Positions 42,870-57,206 of a stretch of 64,000 bases of DNA are shown here, in pieces (position 1 is the first letter of the stretch; each line of letters begins with the position of its first letter). Under the pieces are notes generated by a model, which was not told the DNA's origin, did no database searches, and saw only the letters and a list, made by a program, of their open reading frames with translations. Made by a program: the position numbers and the translations under genes. The DNA is from Chrysomallon squamiferum. Its lineage: Eukaryota; Animalia; Mollusca. The stretch lies in assembly GCA_012295275.1 (NCBI GenBank), contig CM022672.1, forward strand, positions 19,654,001 through 19,718,000, in the 5' to 3' direction.

Positions 42870-43663
42870 ATTTAAAGCCTATATATCCAGTAAATCATAA
42901 ATTTACTTAAACTGTTTTTATTTTTGTTGCTGAAATGAATGTACGTAGACATAAATTTCAAGAGAATTAGGCAAATATACTACGTTATATATATGTTTCT
43001 ATATATATATTTTTTTGTATACTTAGTGTACAATGTAGCATATTCTGGTGATTCTCTTGAAATGAATTAGTTTGCTCGCTTCACTGGTTCTGCACAGAGA
43101 ACTCGCATAACATTAGCAAAACTATAATATTGTAAGTATTCATAGCTTTTCAGCGCTGTAATAAAACTACGCTAACAACATAACGATATTAATCCAGGTA
43201 TATCAAACAAGGCAGTCAAACATTTCGTAAAAAGCCTTTTGTTGGAAACTTGCATAGTCGGCGTCTAGCGACAAGATGAATGTCGAGATTTGAAAACTGG
43301 TTCAGATCTTCAAGACTGCACGTTCTGTGTCACAGTTATATAAACAGTGACAAGTGAGAAAGAACGTTTACACAGATACAGTAATAATGTTCATGCTGAT
43401 AGATTATTTCGTGATGTTTAAAATATTCATTTTTTGTATAATTATTTTGATTCTTTAGTTTTATAATTTTTTTTTTTTTTTTTCTCTTTTTCATTCTCGC
43501 TCTCCATCTTTTTCCCGCTCTTTCTTTTTTTTTTTTTTTTGAGTCCTTTTTTTTTATCCTTTTATATTTTATCGTAAATAAATAATTATTATTTTCGTAG
43601 GATTAAAATAACTTACCTGTAAATTAAACTTTTCGACCCTTTTTTCGCTTTTCTTTTTTTCTT

Positions 43664-43696
<33 letters not shown>

Positions 43697-43875
43697 AATG
43701 CTATTATTGTTTGATAATAAAAGTAAAATAAACAGTCGAAGTAAAAATATTAACAAGGAAGAAATATATATTTGAAAAAAACAAACACAAAAAGATCATC
43801 AAATATTGTCCTTGTGGTTACGGTATTGTTGTCTGGTTACTATTGGCAGTAGGGGATTTTTAATAATAATGTGAA

Positions 43876-43911
<36 letters not shown>

Positions 43912-44112
43912 TACAGCTTTAACACATAAACCAACCTTACAAAAGCCCTGGAGTCTGTTTTTATTAATTAGTTTGAAATAAGTCAGATATTAATTTATTA
44001 AACAATAATATTCACTGAAATCTATATCAGTATCTTTCTATCTTTCTGTGTCTCTGTCTCTGTGTCTATCTATTTAGACATCTAACTATATATCTATCTC
44101 TGTGTGTCTGTA

Positions 44113-44191
<79 letters not shown>

Positions 44192-44793
44192 TTGACCGAT
44201 GACATACTATTGCACATTTTAATAGTATCATCCACACGATATTACCTGTACTTTAATTCAACACAGAAATAAGCCGAGGTAGAATTCGTGGCCGAGGGCT
44301 AACTGTTTGTTTTCTCCTCGCAAACGGGTTTCATTCGTTTGCTTCACTTCAAGAAGGTATTCTTAAAAATCCATTTGCACTGCAGTTCTTTTTAATTCGG
44401 ATCACCCGTTTCCACAGCGCGAACAATAAACTTCAACATGGCGTAATTGGTTTATAAATGAATCGCGAGAGACACAGACTGGGAAATAAAATGAAATAAT
44501 AAAAAAAAGCCCGAGGCTGTTGGGTTTCCCACTTAAAGTCTTTGTTAGGAGTTTGAGGTTTACCTTCAAACTGTCGTGGATTACTTCCAAAAGAGATCAG
44601 TCCTTTTGTCAGGAGAGGAGCGTAATCTCTAGTAAGGCAGAAGAGAATGGTATTTCCACTTACAATTCGTCTTTATGCAAGTGATGAAAAAAAAAAAAAA
44701 AAAAAAAATTACATCTACATTATTTTTATAAATTATTTAACTATTTCCTTTCATATAAATCATTTTCAAAATGTTCCACGTGTGTTTGTTTTC

Positions 44794-44855
<62 letters not shown>

Positions 44856-45928
44856 ACATGTGTATAAAGAAAAGTCAAAGAGACGTGGTGTTTGTATGAG
44901 ACAGAAACAGAAATACACCGACACTGTATAAGTATACGTACATTCGTAAGTATTATGTATGCATCTATTTATGTGTGTGTGTGTGTGTGTGTGTCTATGT
45001 ATGTGTATGTGTGGGTGTATCTACGTATGTGTGTGTGTGTGTGTCTGTGTGTGTGTGTTTTGGTGTGATTATTCCTACAGATACAACACACAAACAGTTA
45101 TTTCACTAACACACTGAAGCTGTCGGAACGCCACACAATATCAACCGTAGCCTACACCCATGGGCGTACTTAAATACAGGTTAACGGTCCCCATTAACCG
45201 ATAATGCAATGGCTGTGATCAGCTACTGGTGTGAGGCTAGCACTGGAATAATAATAATGAGTCAGTTTTATGCATTCAGTCGATAATCCATTAACGCCGA
45301 TCATTCAGCGGCGAATCTAAAAACCGGACAACAGTCCTCGGTAAAAGAAAAAGAGCTGAATACAGCCCAGACTGAGAAAAAAGATTTTAGTATCCATTAA
45401 CTGGAGAAATCATTACTATTTTTATTATTATATTATGATTTTTGTTGTCGTTGTCGTTGTTGTTGTTGTTCCAAAAACACTTGCACTAAAGTGAAAGCTT
45501 AAGTGCATGTATATTTTAAAAAAAATATATTTTTTTTTTTATTTTAATCAAGAGGTGGTTGGGAATTTTTTTTGTTGTTGGTTATTTATGCTGTTATTTC
45601 TAAATTAGTCCTCTTGATTTGATCTAAAATTACAAAATCAATGAATATGGTTATACACGTGGTCAGTAAAATACTGGAACAGAGATACACGACAAATTTG
45701 ATAATAATAATAATAAAGCTACTACTACTACTACTGCTGCTGCTGCTGTTGCTGCTACCACTACTACTATTATTACTCCTATTTCTACTACATCTGTTAG
45801 TGCTTCTGTTATTTATGCTGCTGTAGCTGTTACTGGTGTTGCTACTACTACTAATTCTGCAACTACTGCTATTTCTACTGCTACCACAATAACTATTAAA
45901 ATAGTGGTCATCAAATTGTGAGAAAAAA

Positions 45929-45988
<60 letters not shown>

Positions 45989-48900
45989 TAGAAGAAAAAA
46001 ACAGATGTGTAAAGGTTACTGAATATTTAAATTAGACTTAAAATCGAGCACTCTCAGTTAAACCAAAGCCTGAAGCAACCCCCTAAAATAAAGAAAAAAA
46101 TCCAATATGCCCCAAAATAGTAAATAAATAAAAAAATAAAAAAATAAATAATAAAAATGTTAATAATAAAAAAAAAAAAAAAAATAAAAGATAAATTAAT
46201 TAAAATAAATAAATAACTAGATTGATGGATAGATAGATAGAGAAAGAGAAAGATAGTAGATAGATACACAGATAGATAGATAGATAGATTGATAAATAGA
46301 TCGATATAATGATATAAAAAATAAAATAAACCAAAACAAATCCCCCCCAAAAAAAAAAAAAAAAAAAAAATGAAAGTTTAGAAATAAAGAAAATATAACG
46401 AAAACAATAAGAATAAATCAAAACAAAAGACCATCTCTTGAACAACAAAATCGTGACAAGCTTTACGTAATAATTTTTCAAACACTATTTTTAATCGTGA
46501 GTAGGATGCAGCAGATACCAAGAATAGGACTTGACAAATAACCAAGCAACAGACCCATCCTTACAGCCGTACATCCAGAGTTTGTCTGTATCACTGCTTC
46601 AGGGCATAAGCAGGAGAGAGTAAACGATTGCGTAACGTATTCATCAGACACATAGCATAATAGGTCAAGATATAAATGATGACAGATATATCGGGAAGGT
46701 CATAATAATTATTATAATGGAACGGAGTTCAAGACATTATCAAAAAATACATGCATTAGGTTGAAAGGAATACAGTAATGTGATAGCAGCAGTAGTAGTA
46801 TTAGCAACAGCTGTTGTTACAGTAAGAGTGGTGGTAGTGGTAGTGGTTGTAGTAGTAGCCGTAGCAGCAGTTGTAGTAGAGATAGTAGTAGTGTATTAGT
46901 AGCGGTTGTAGTAGAGGTAATGGTGGCTTTATTGCTATTATTATTATTACTATTTTTAGTAGTAGTAGTAGAAGTAGAAGTAGTAACAGTGCCAATGGTT
47001 GTTGCAGTGGTAATGAATAGGTGTAGTTACAGCAGCAGTGTTGATGATGCTGGATGTGGTAGTAGCAGTAGTAACTTTTGTAGTAATAGTAATAGCTGGA
47101 GTAATAGTAATAGCTGGAGTAATAGTAATAGTGTTAGTACGTGTATCAGTCTAGTATTTCTACACGAAACATTACTTTGATCGACTTACATATGACAAAT
47201 ACATTCCATGAGATGTAAGGTCTTTTTTTCTCGGCTGGGTCGACATGACTTTTAGCTAAGCTGCAATTTGCATCGGAAACGATCATGAACGAAGACCGGG
47301 CATGACCTGTGAACTTGATATCAATTCGTAGCCTATCAGCCATATTTCCAAAATTGCAATTTCGACAAGTAACGAGTGTATATATATTTAAAAACGTATT
47401 CCACAGTGTGAGCTTACAGCTGGTGGAAAAAAAAAAAAAGACTACGTGTAGCAAAAATCTGCAAGCGCATATGTTCTGCAGATCAATAATGTGAGCGTAT
47501 ATTAATAATCACGTGCCGCATTACTACATACATGTGCTTTGAAGACTCGAGGTACTTAGTCCATGGGAACCGAAAAATAATCACAGGAACGAAGATACTT
47601 TTTTTTTGTTCATGGTATCACATACAAAACGGAATCAGAGGAAGATAGATGTATTTCAACTTGTTGAAAGATTGTACACAATTGTAAATCATAAAGATTT
47701 ATATATATATATATAAAAAAAAGGACACGTGGTCATTCTTCTTAGGTATAATGTGTATATTTTGATAATATGCTGAAACCGAATAGAAATTCGTTTGTTG
47801 TTGGAGTAATGATCTTTTATAAAGTCATTTGTGAAATCAGTTTTGTTTTGATTGACAGACTATTAGTCATTACCAAATACAGAACAACTGAATAGCCATA
47901 GATTCAGGCTGCCCATAGTTCTTTACATGTCCATACCTGTCTATTAAAATTTCAAATTATATTTCACTCTCTCCAATGTTTTCTACCTGAGATTATGACC
48001 GATTCTCAAACAGACCTCAGATTTCTCAACCAAAGTTTAATGGCTGTCAACCAGAACTGACTGTTCTTAAACCAAGCATCACATTTCTGAGTGTCAGCTT
48101 CAAATATATTATCCAGATCTTTGTAAATGTCCAGCTTAAATTTCACAATTATCCTACATATTTATCCAATAACTCATGTTTTACTTACCAGAGTATTAGC
48201 TAACATATATTTCACTTTGCCACCAGTACAGCTGCATCACTGATATTGTTGCAACTACTACTACTACTGTGAATACTACAGTCGATGCTGTTACTAATAC
48301 TTCTACTAATACTGTTATTACTGCTACTGCTACTATTACTGTAACAATTGATATTACTACTACCACTGCTACTACTACCATCCCCTAATTACTTTCCACA
48401 AATACAATTACTGACATTATAATTACCATCAAAGTCTTTTTTTTTTTTTTCTTCTTAGCAATCAACTTAAAATAATAATAAACAATTTTAAACATTTTAA
48501 GTTATGCAAATATATGTTAGGACGGTTAATGGGTTTTGAAACAAATATTGAAAGCCTTTTTATTTTCTGATACGAATTTCTGATTATATTTCTGACAGAA
48601 AGAAATAAATTTCATCCACTCAGCCTACTTGAAAAAAAAGGCAAATGGCTCTAGATTTTTTTTTCATATTTTGTTAATGGCTTCCATATCAATGCTGTGC
48701 AGGTATTGAGAATCAGTGAGGCATGGTATTCGGAATACATGGCCCCGCCCCTTTCTGCATAATGCCTATCAATCGATCAAACCAGACGAAACAAAAACCT
48801 GTTTCGTCGTTAGTATTTGAAGTGGAAATTTAAAAAAGGAAAAAGAAACTCTGACAAAACTAACAAAACAAACAAATGCCACACAAAATCCCTCTAAAAA

Positions 48901-49017
48901 AAGAAAAAAAAAAAAAAAAAAAAAAAACACCAGTAGATAATTGTATGTAATTGATCTCTCTTTCTCTCTCTCTGAGAAAAAAGGAGAAAAAAGGTATATG
49001 GGTTTCTTTCTACAGTG

Positions 49018-49186
49018 TATGTATGTGTGTGTATATGTATGTATGTATGAATGTATGTGTGTGTGTGTATGTATGTATGTATGTATGTATGTATGTATGT
49101 ATCTGTGTATCTGTGATTATGTGTATGTATATTTGTGTGTGTGTATTTGTGTAAATAAGTTTAATATTCACTTCATTGTGTACATA

Positions 49187-49258
<72 letters not shown>
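49018..49258. repeat. (TATG)n/(TG)n and (TA)n microsatellites
   Basis: Direct reading. Confidence 0.9.
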
Positions 49259-49262
<4 letters not shown>

Positions 49263-49844
49263 TACATGTTTGAATAAAGGGTTTTTAACATTTTTGTATA
49301 TATACATTTAGTCTTGAACATGCATGCCTTTTTCGAAATAAATTATAAATAAAGCTCCATATTAGATATTTTAACATATCTTCGCTTATTTAACAGATTT
49401 CATGTTTCAAATCAAATCTCACATTTTATATTGCCAATGACAAATGATAAATGTTCATTAACACACACACCTGAAGGCTAATTCATTTCAGCTGAATTAA
49501 TAAAAAATTTAACGGCACCTCTTTGCATTTTAAATATCTGACTTTTAGATTTTTAAAGCCTGAAATAAATCAGTTTTTCTTGAATATTATCACCATCAGC
49601 AGCAATTTCAAGTAGAATCCTGTTAAACTGTTTCAGGTGTACCTCCTGTTGAAGTCGTCTTCTGTCTCAAAAGATGAATTCGTTTTAAAGTCGCTTCTTT
49701 GTTTTTGAGTGAATTTGCTAGATCGATATATTCAAACTAGTTTAAAATGTCTGAGTACATGCGACAGTTGAGTATTTAACCGTTACTCACTGTTTTATTG
49801 CATTCTAAAGTTTAAATCAGGTTATGGACATACATTTATTAATC

Positions 49845-49877
<33 letters not shown>

Positions 49878-50013
49878 TTATTATTCTCGTAATAGTAATT
49901 ATGTCACAACTCTTACTTAATTAAATATCTGCAGTGTGTCAGGTATAAACTTTCGTGTAAAATATAACACTCAAAAAGCGGTTTCAAACGAAAACCTAGA
50001 AAATTTATGTGTA

Positions 50014-50046
<33 letters not shown>

Positions 50047-52272
50047 ATTTAAGAAAAGGTATTGAAAGGGGCGTTTATATACTGGAACCCAACACCCATT
50101 TACTGTCATGTTAACTACAATCAGTTTAGCTGGCCACAATACAACTACCAGTGTTAAATTACGCAGCTTTTGTGGCGGGAAGCGCGCGCAGACGAACCCG
50201 TAATCAAACCCATCTATGAGTCGCGCTTCGCTGCCGTCCGATTCACGAACGCTGCATTCAGCAAAGTGGCTTTGTCGTAACAACGACGTTGTCAAATAAA
50301 TGTAAATTATAAGCACGTTTTACTTGAGGAATAAAATAATGCCCGCGGTTGAATGAAAACAGAAGTCATTGTGGGAGTAAAAAAAAAATTTAAAAAAAAA
50401 ATTTAAAAAAAAAAACGAAAAAAATTAAATTACAAAAAATCACAAAAACCAACAACAAAAAAACAAAGTAAGATAAATATATTTCTTTCGTCTACAAAAC
50501 AGTAGAGGATGTTCTGATCTGTTGGTCGAGTTTTCAGTAATTGCTGACTTTTGGCTCGCTTGCAGATTCGTTGTAAAGTGAGTAAAGTAGTCTACTAAGT
50601 TCCAACTTCAGTCGTTTTGGATTTAATTGTTCGAGTTATATGCACGATGGAATGAGCAGGTGTGTAACCCAAACAACAACATCAAAACAAAATGTTTTGA
50701 TGTAAGTGTGTTTTCCAATATGCAACATTTATATTATTTAATATTTCTACACGATAAGTAATGGTTCGCGCGCATCTGTGGTCCCTATTTTCATTCATCT
50801 GTTCATTCAGTTTAATTCGTCTTGTGTATCTCGATTACAATTTGCAATTTGAACTTTATACGCCCAGACGCCAGAAAATTTCTTATTAAAAAAAAAAAAA
50901 AAAAAAAAAAATATTCTCTTAAAACATGTCAGGCTCATTGCCAAAGGTCGACATGGTTCGTATGCAATAAAATTAATTGATTTTATTTTTAAGCAAGAAA
51001 GTCAGACTTTAAAAGAAATAAACTTAGTGCTCTGCGATTTGACAAGCAGGTAGGTTAATGTCCTGTGGCAGACGTTACTGGATTCTATTGGCAAATGGAT
51101 CCTGCTGCCTTTGGCGCCAAAATGACAGTGCAGACGTCACTTCGTACGCGGAATATGACCCGTGGTGACGACTTCTGCTTATTCTCTCCGCACAGTATGG
51201 CGTATTTGAATACAGTTCAAATTTTAACTGAATTTTAACAAACGAAAATACAAACAAACCGAACCATTCAATCAGTTATTTACAGATGTGTACATTAAGA
51301 GTAAGAATTACCACGCAGTCTTGTCAGATAACAAAATAAATAAATAAATAAACATGAAATGAAATGAAATGAAATAAATAAGGACAAAAGCATAATCATA
51401 TCAACAACAGTAGCAACAATTAAAACGACAAAAATAAAATAATAATAAAGACTAGTCAAATTAAAATTAAGGAAAAAAAAACAAAAACCCCCACAAGGAT
51501 GCATTCCTGTTATTTATTTATTTATTTATTACTGTAACTTGTTACACAGAAAATTATAACACAGCACATAAATGAATCAGTTTTTATATGTTTCGACTTA
51601 CAGCAACATATATTTTAAAATTAACTTTAAATCTTCCGTCTCAGGTTGCTTTAAGACAGACGAGATTTCTTTTTTTTTTTTTTTTATCCTCTAATTCTTG
51701 AAATTCACTTATTTCAATACATTTTTCAATTGACAAAGCTTTATGAGTGGAAAAAAAGAAAGAAGAAGAAACCAGTATGCACCTGTAGTTCATTTTATAA
51801 AGAAATGCACGACATGTGTGCATGTATTCATTGATATGTCTTTGCCCCTCAAGGGGTTAATGTGTCTCTGCGGACGAGGAGAAACCTTGCTGTGATAAAT
51901 TAACTTTCATTCACTCCACTTGAGGCATGACAGAGAAGTATAAGAAAATATTCAAGGAATTTGATTTTCATTTATATTCCTATCTGGCTTGACGCTGCCA
52001 GTTTTTGTAACACTAGTACACCCTCTTATCAACATCTAAGAGATACCCCACAAGTTAAAAATAAGGTCTAACCGACTCTTTAGTTAGTTCGTAATATTAT
52101 ATGGTTTATTTTATGATGACAAGACAAGTCAGAGTTTATGCAGTAAGTAATAAAAATTAAAATTAAAATTAAAATGATAATAATAATAATAGTAGTAGTA
52201 GTAATAATAATAATAATAATGATGATGATGATAATAATAATGATAATAATGAGTTTAGTAGTAGTAGTAGTA

Positions 52273-52309
<37 letters not shown>

Positions 52310-52464
52310 TGATGATGATAATGATAATAATGAGTTGGGGAATGATGTTCATAATAATAATAATAATAATAATAATAAGGTTTTCCATAACGAATTAAAA
52401 CAAAAATACCTTCCCATTTTTTTTTTTTTTTTTAACATTTACTATAATTGGAATGCTTAGTCTT

Positions 52465-52646
52465 GAACTCAGTGGTCTACTGAAATAAATAAAACCAAAA
52501 ATCACTTCTCAGTGACTGATACGATTATTATAAAAGAGCCATTTTATACTGACTGATACAGTTACCTAAACAAATCACATCTCAGCGATTGATCCAGTTA
52601 CCAGAAAAAAAGATCATCTCTGAGTAATTGAAACAGTTAGCAGAAG

Positions 52647-52685
<39 letters not shown>

Positions 52686-52827
52686 ACTTCTGAGTAACTG
52701 ATAGTTAGCGAAAACGATTATACTTGAGTAATTGATACAGTTACAACCATTCCAAAAAAAAAAAAAGCAAAAAAGAAAAAAGATTACTTTTGGCTGAAAA
52801 GTTACTATAAAAGGAACACTTGTAACT

Positions 52828-52830
<3 letters not shown>
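52465..52830. repeat. Degenerate tandem repeat with variable A-tract linkers
   Basis: A recurring cactt/catct-ctsagtraytgatacagttasc core separated by A-rich linkers of varying length. A further unit lies near 53027-53050. Confidence 0.55.
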
Positions 52831-52861
<31 letters not shown>

Positions 52862-54820
52862 ATAATAATAAAAAATATATGAAATATAATAATAATAATA
52901 ATAACAATAATAAATTAAAATTTAAAAATCTTAGTGATTTATAATAGTTCCAGTCAAATCAAAACGAAATTACTTCTGAATAAATCTTTAAAAAAAAAAA
53001 AAAAAAAAATAATAACGGCAAAGAAATCTGAGTATTAGATACAATTACCACTTCACAGTGGTTCGTGTGTCTGTGTCGTTGCCAGCCAATCAACCATAAT
53101 TTTAAATACTACTCGTTTATGAGGGCTGATATCGATCAGTGATTTCACAATTCGCAGTACAACAGACAGAGGCGTGTAATGATCAGGTATTGCGATAACT
53201 AACGTTTCAAAGCGGCCATTAACCTGGTTTTTACCTGGGCAAGGTGTGTACTGATTTGGGTACATTGGCTAACGTTCAAATTGAAAATGAATGAGAGAAA
53301 ATTTACAAGAGTTAGTTGTTGCTTTTTTTTAAAAAATTTTATTCTTTCTCACAGAGAAATTTTTTTTTAAATAGAGGAACATTAATAAATTATATAATAC
53401 AATAATGTTGAAAGGATTTTTTTTTTTCTGAAAAGTTAACAGAGAAATGTAGATCCTTTTTTTTTTTTTTTTTTTTAAATAATATTTTTCTCTCCAGGGT
53501 GTTGAAATGATTGGGATTTAAAAAGGTTTGTAGGAACTTTTTATTTATTTATTTATTTTATATATGTATAGCAATAAACAGCAACAAAAAAAAAAAAAAA
53601 AAAAAATTTAAATAAAAAAAAAAAAAAAATAAATAAAAAAAAACAACAACAAAATAATCATAATAATCGTAAATAAATATAAAAAATTAATTTTCAGATC
53701 GGTAAATTTAAAAACTGAATATCTTTTAGAATGAAAAAAGGAGGAAAAAGGAAACCCCGATACAAAAGAGAAACAACAAAGTGTTTCTGACAAAATAAAA
53801 CTGACAAACAAATAAGCAAACGACAACAACAGAAACAAAAAGAACCAATCAACCCCGATATACAACCCAAACATCAAAAGCAAAAAAAAAAAAAAAAAAA
53901 AAAAACATTTTGAAACTTAAGCTCTGTTAAAAACAAAATAACTTTTAAATATTCTAGTTAATAGTAACATTGTTATAAGATGATATTTTTTAACTGTTTA
54001 AACTGAATTTTGCTAGTGACATTAAAATCTGGACTGTATTCAACAGATGATTACCAGATGAATGCAGTGTCTTACACTTTTCTATAAGCCTCGGTTTCGT
54101 ATAGTTTTCGACAATTTTAGTAACGCGTTACAAATCTGTTATAAATAAAACCATAAAAGAACCATTAAAAACAAAAATAGTAATAATAAAACAAAAATGA
54201 ATAAGAAAAAGAAAAGAAACAAACACACCAAAGTAGAAGAAAAACTGCAACGAAAAAAAATTAAAAACTATATGACAGAGAAAAGATTAATAATTAAAAA
54301 CAAAAATAATCGAAAACTAATTAACAAAACCAAGCAAAATATTGTGCACTCAGGCATTATTATCACTCAGTAATGTTTCTGACTTATTTATTTTTAGCAT
54401 TTTCAGGTGTTGTATTTTCAAATTTTCAAATACACGTTCATTTTTAAAGCCAATATATTATTTCATAATAAAAACATTACTTTCATAACTCGCTTCCATT
54501 TTTTTTTTTTTTTTTCAATCTGCCCACACAATCTGAAAAAACTCACGCAGTCAACATATTCAAAGTTTCCAAAAAAGCCCTTCGTAACGATGTTTTTATA
54601 TGTCGCTTAAGAGCGAAAAATAATTTTATGTATGTTTATTTTTATCTTCCATGCATTTTGACTTTTGTTAAATAAAAAGTTGTGTTTTGATTCACGGAGA
54701 AGACAAGCGTGTGCTCTGTTATCGCTCAGGTGCTTCCTCCAACACTCACAGGTCAAGGTGCCACTGAGCTGTTTTTTTTTTTAAAAAAAAGAAAGAAATA
54801 AAAAAAGAAGAAAAGAATTA

Positions 54821-54877
54821 ATGAATACAGAAAGTCAGCATGGCCCGTATTACATGCGTAGTGATGCATACCAGCAA
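54821..54877 (+). CDS. Candidate alternative first coding exon (MNTESQHGPYYMRSDAYQQ)
   Basis: ATG, 19 codons, then a phase-0 donor GTGAGTAC, inside a complex CpG-containing island (54690-55140). Confidence 0.33.
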
Positions 54878-55867
54878 GTGAGTACGTTAAAAATATGTTT
54901 TAAAGGAGTGACTGTTCTTGTCTACTTACAGATTCCCAAGCGATGAGAGTGCTGAAGAGAGAGAGAGACAGAGAGTCTTGTTTTTGACGGGCGTTTTTTT
55001 TTTTTCTTCGACCGTGCACGGCGTCGGGACACCACACGAGTGGCAGACGATAGCCTCGAGTTCGATTCGATCGCCCGGCGTTCAATGGCGGATGATTCGA
55101 TATTGCAGGATTATCAGAAGATGACGGAGTGATCCTTTTATTCAGCAGACGGCTTTGTGTTACAGGTGTGTGAAGTAGTAGTTACGGATAAACGTCTCTT
55201 TATTTTGTTTGTTTTGTTGTTGTTAACATTGCATCGTTCACGATGCTTGTATTTTTTTCGGTACACTTTCATTAACATATGCTGTGTATCTCTGTTGTCT
55301 GCTAGCAGGACATCCAAATGGAACAGGCGTTCCATTTACAAGTATGTTTTCTTTTGCGTTTCAAATTATCGTACAATGCGCCTTATAGACGTCGAATATA
55401 TTTCAGGCCTTTATTTACACAGTTACGCATTTTATAGTAACAGGTAGGTGAGCGTGTAAGTATTTTTATAACTCACGGGAGCGCAATAATTAAAACAGAG
55501 GTTGTCATGTCCTACAATCTGTCGGAGGTAAACTTCAAGCTACGTTCTTACCTGACAGTTGACAAATAAAATATAGTGCACAGGTACGACCAGGATTAAT
55601 GTAGTCAGTGCTTGGTGACAAGGCGTTTACATTATTTAGACTTGTTTACTTCGTGTACTGTGAAATCTTTTGTTTCTACAGCTTTGTTGGTTTTATTATG
55701 TGTTTGTGCGTATGTGTTTGAGTCATTAGGATTATTGTTACGTTTTAGAGCAATATTTGAAATACAACAAATGTTGCCTGGAGGGTTATATATATATATA
55801 GGTGAGTTTATTATGTAAGTCGAGGTAAGACGATAATGATGATTGTATAATGATGATAATGATGATG

Positions 55868-55914
<47 letters not shown>

Positions 55915-56291
55915 GATAACAATAATATAAATATATATATGATTTTAAATGAACTAATGTAATTTAAATTAATGGCTAATAATTTTTATATTACTTATAT
56001 CATTTCAGATCATTTTTAATTATTTTGTTTTATTTTGATTTGTTCAGTTAACTGATACTTTATATTTTATTCTATTATTCTATTCTTTGTTTCTGTTAAT
56101 TTTTATTACTTTGTATATTTTTATTTTAAGTTGTTGAAAGAATTTATTGTCTTTACATTATTTTGTATGATTCTATTATAAATTCTTAAATTAACTTTTA
56201 ATTTATGTTATTTTATATCATTTCCATTTTCCATTTTCTATTCTATTTGAATTAATTCGGGTAACATCAATAGAAAAAATAACAATAACCT

Positions 56292-56332
<41 letters not shown>

Positions 56333-57155
56333 ACCCCACTAACAAACAAACAAACAAAGAAAATTAATTAAGAAAAAAAAAAAAAAAATGCCCAACAACC
56401 TCAGGTTGTTTTCATTCAATTTTATATTGAATACGAACCTGATTTATGCTTTATTTATTTCAATAATTTATAACTTAATTTTCATTCGTTAATAGCAGTT
56501 TTATTTTAATTTATAATGCATCTGCATATATTTCAAAAGTTGTAAAACGATGTGAAAATAATGGCAGTTTTACTTTTAAATATTTCCTTGTTTCCTCAGG
56601 AAAGGAAATTTAGAAATGTATACATAAATAAATATATAAGTAAGTGTTCTAAATAAATAAATAAATATATCAATAAATAAATAAGTAAATAGAACACACT
56701 GGTTATGTATTTATGGTAAATAATTATTTAAACTAGACTTCTTCCAGTTCAAACATTTTAACTATATTTATAAATTTTCAAACTGAACTCTTCTATATTT
56801 TAAAAAAAAAGCTGGATATTAAGAAATAACATTCAAAAAGTTTGTTAAATATATGAATTTTGTTTAGTTAAAAAGAAATAAATATGTTTTTTAAACTGGC
56901 ACTTTTTCAGGCCAGAAAATGTACACCTATATCTATCTATATGTCTATACCTTTATCTACATACCTTTATCTATAATCATATAATTATACATACACATAT
57001 ATACACAAATATACATATAATATTAGCATTGTAGTACTTTTTTCAACCTGGAATGGATAAAATATATAACAAATTTGTTTAATTTGTCCACTTAAATATT
57101 TAATAATATAATGCACAAACAATTAGATTTATATACTGATTATTTATTTATTCTT

Positions 57156-57206
<51 letters not shown>

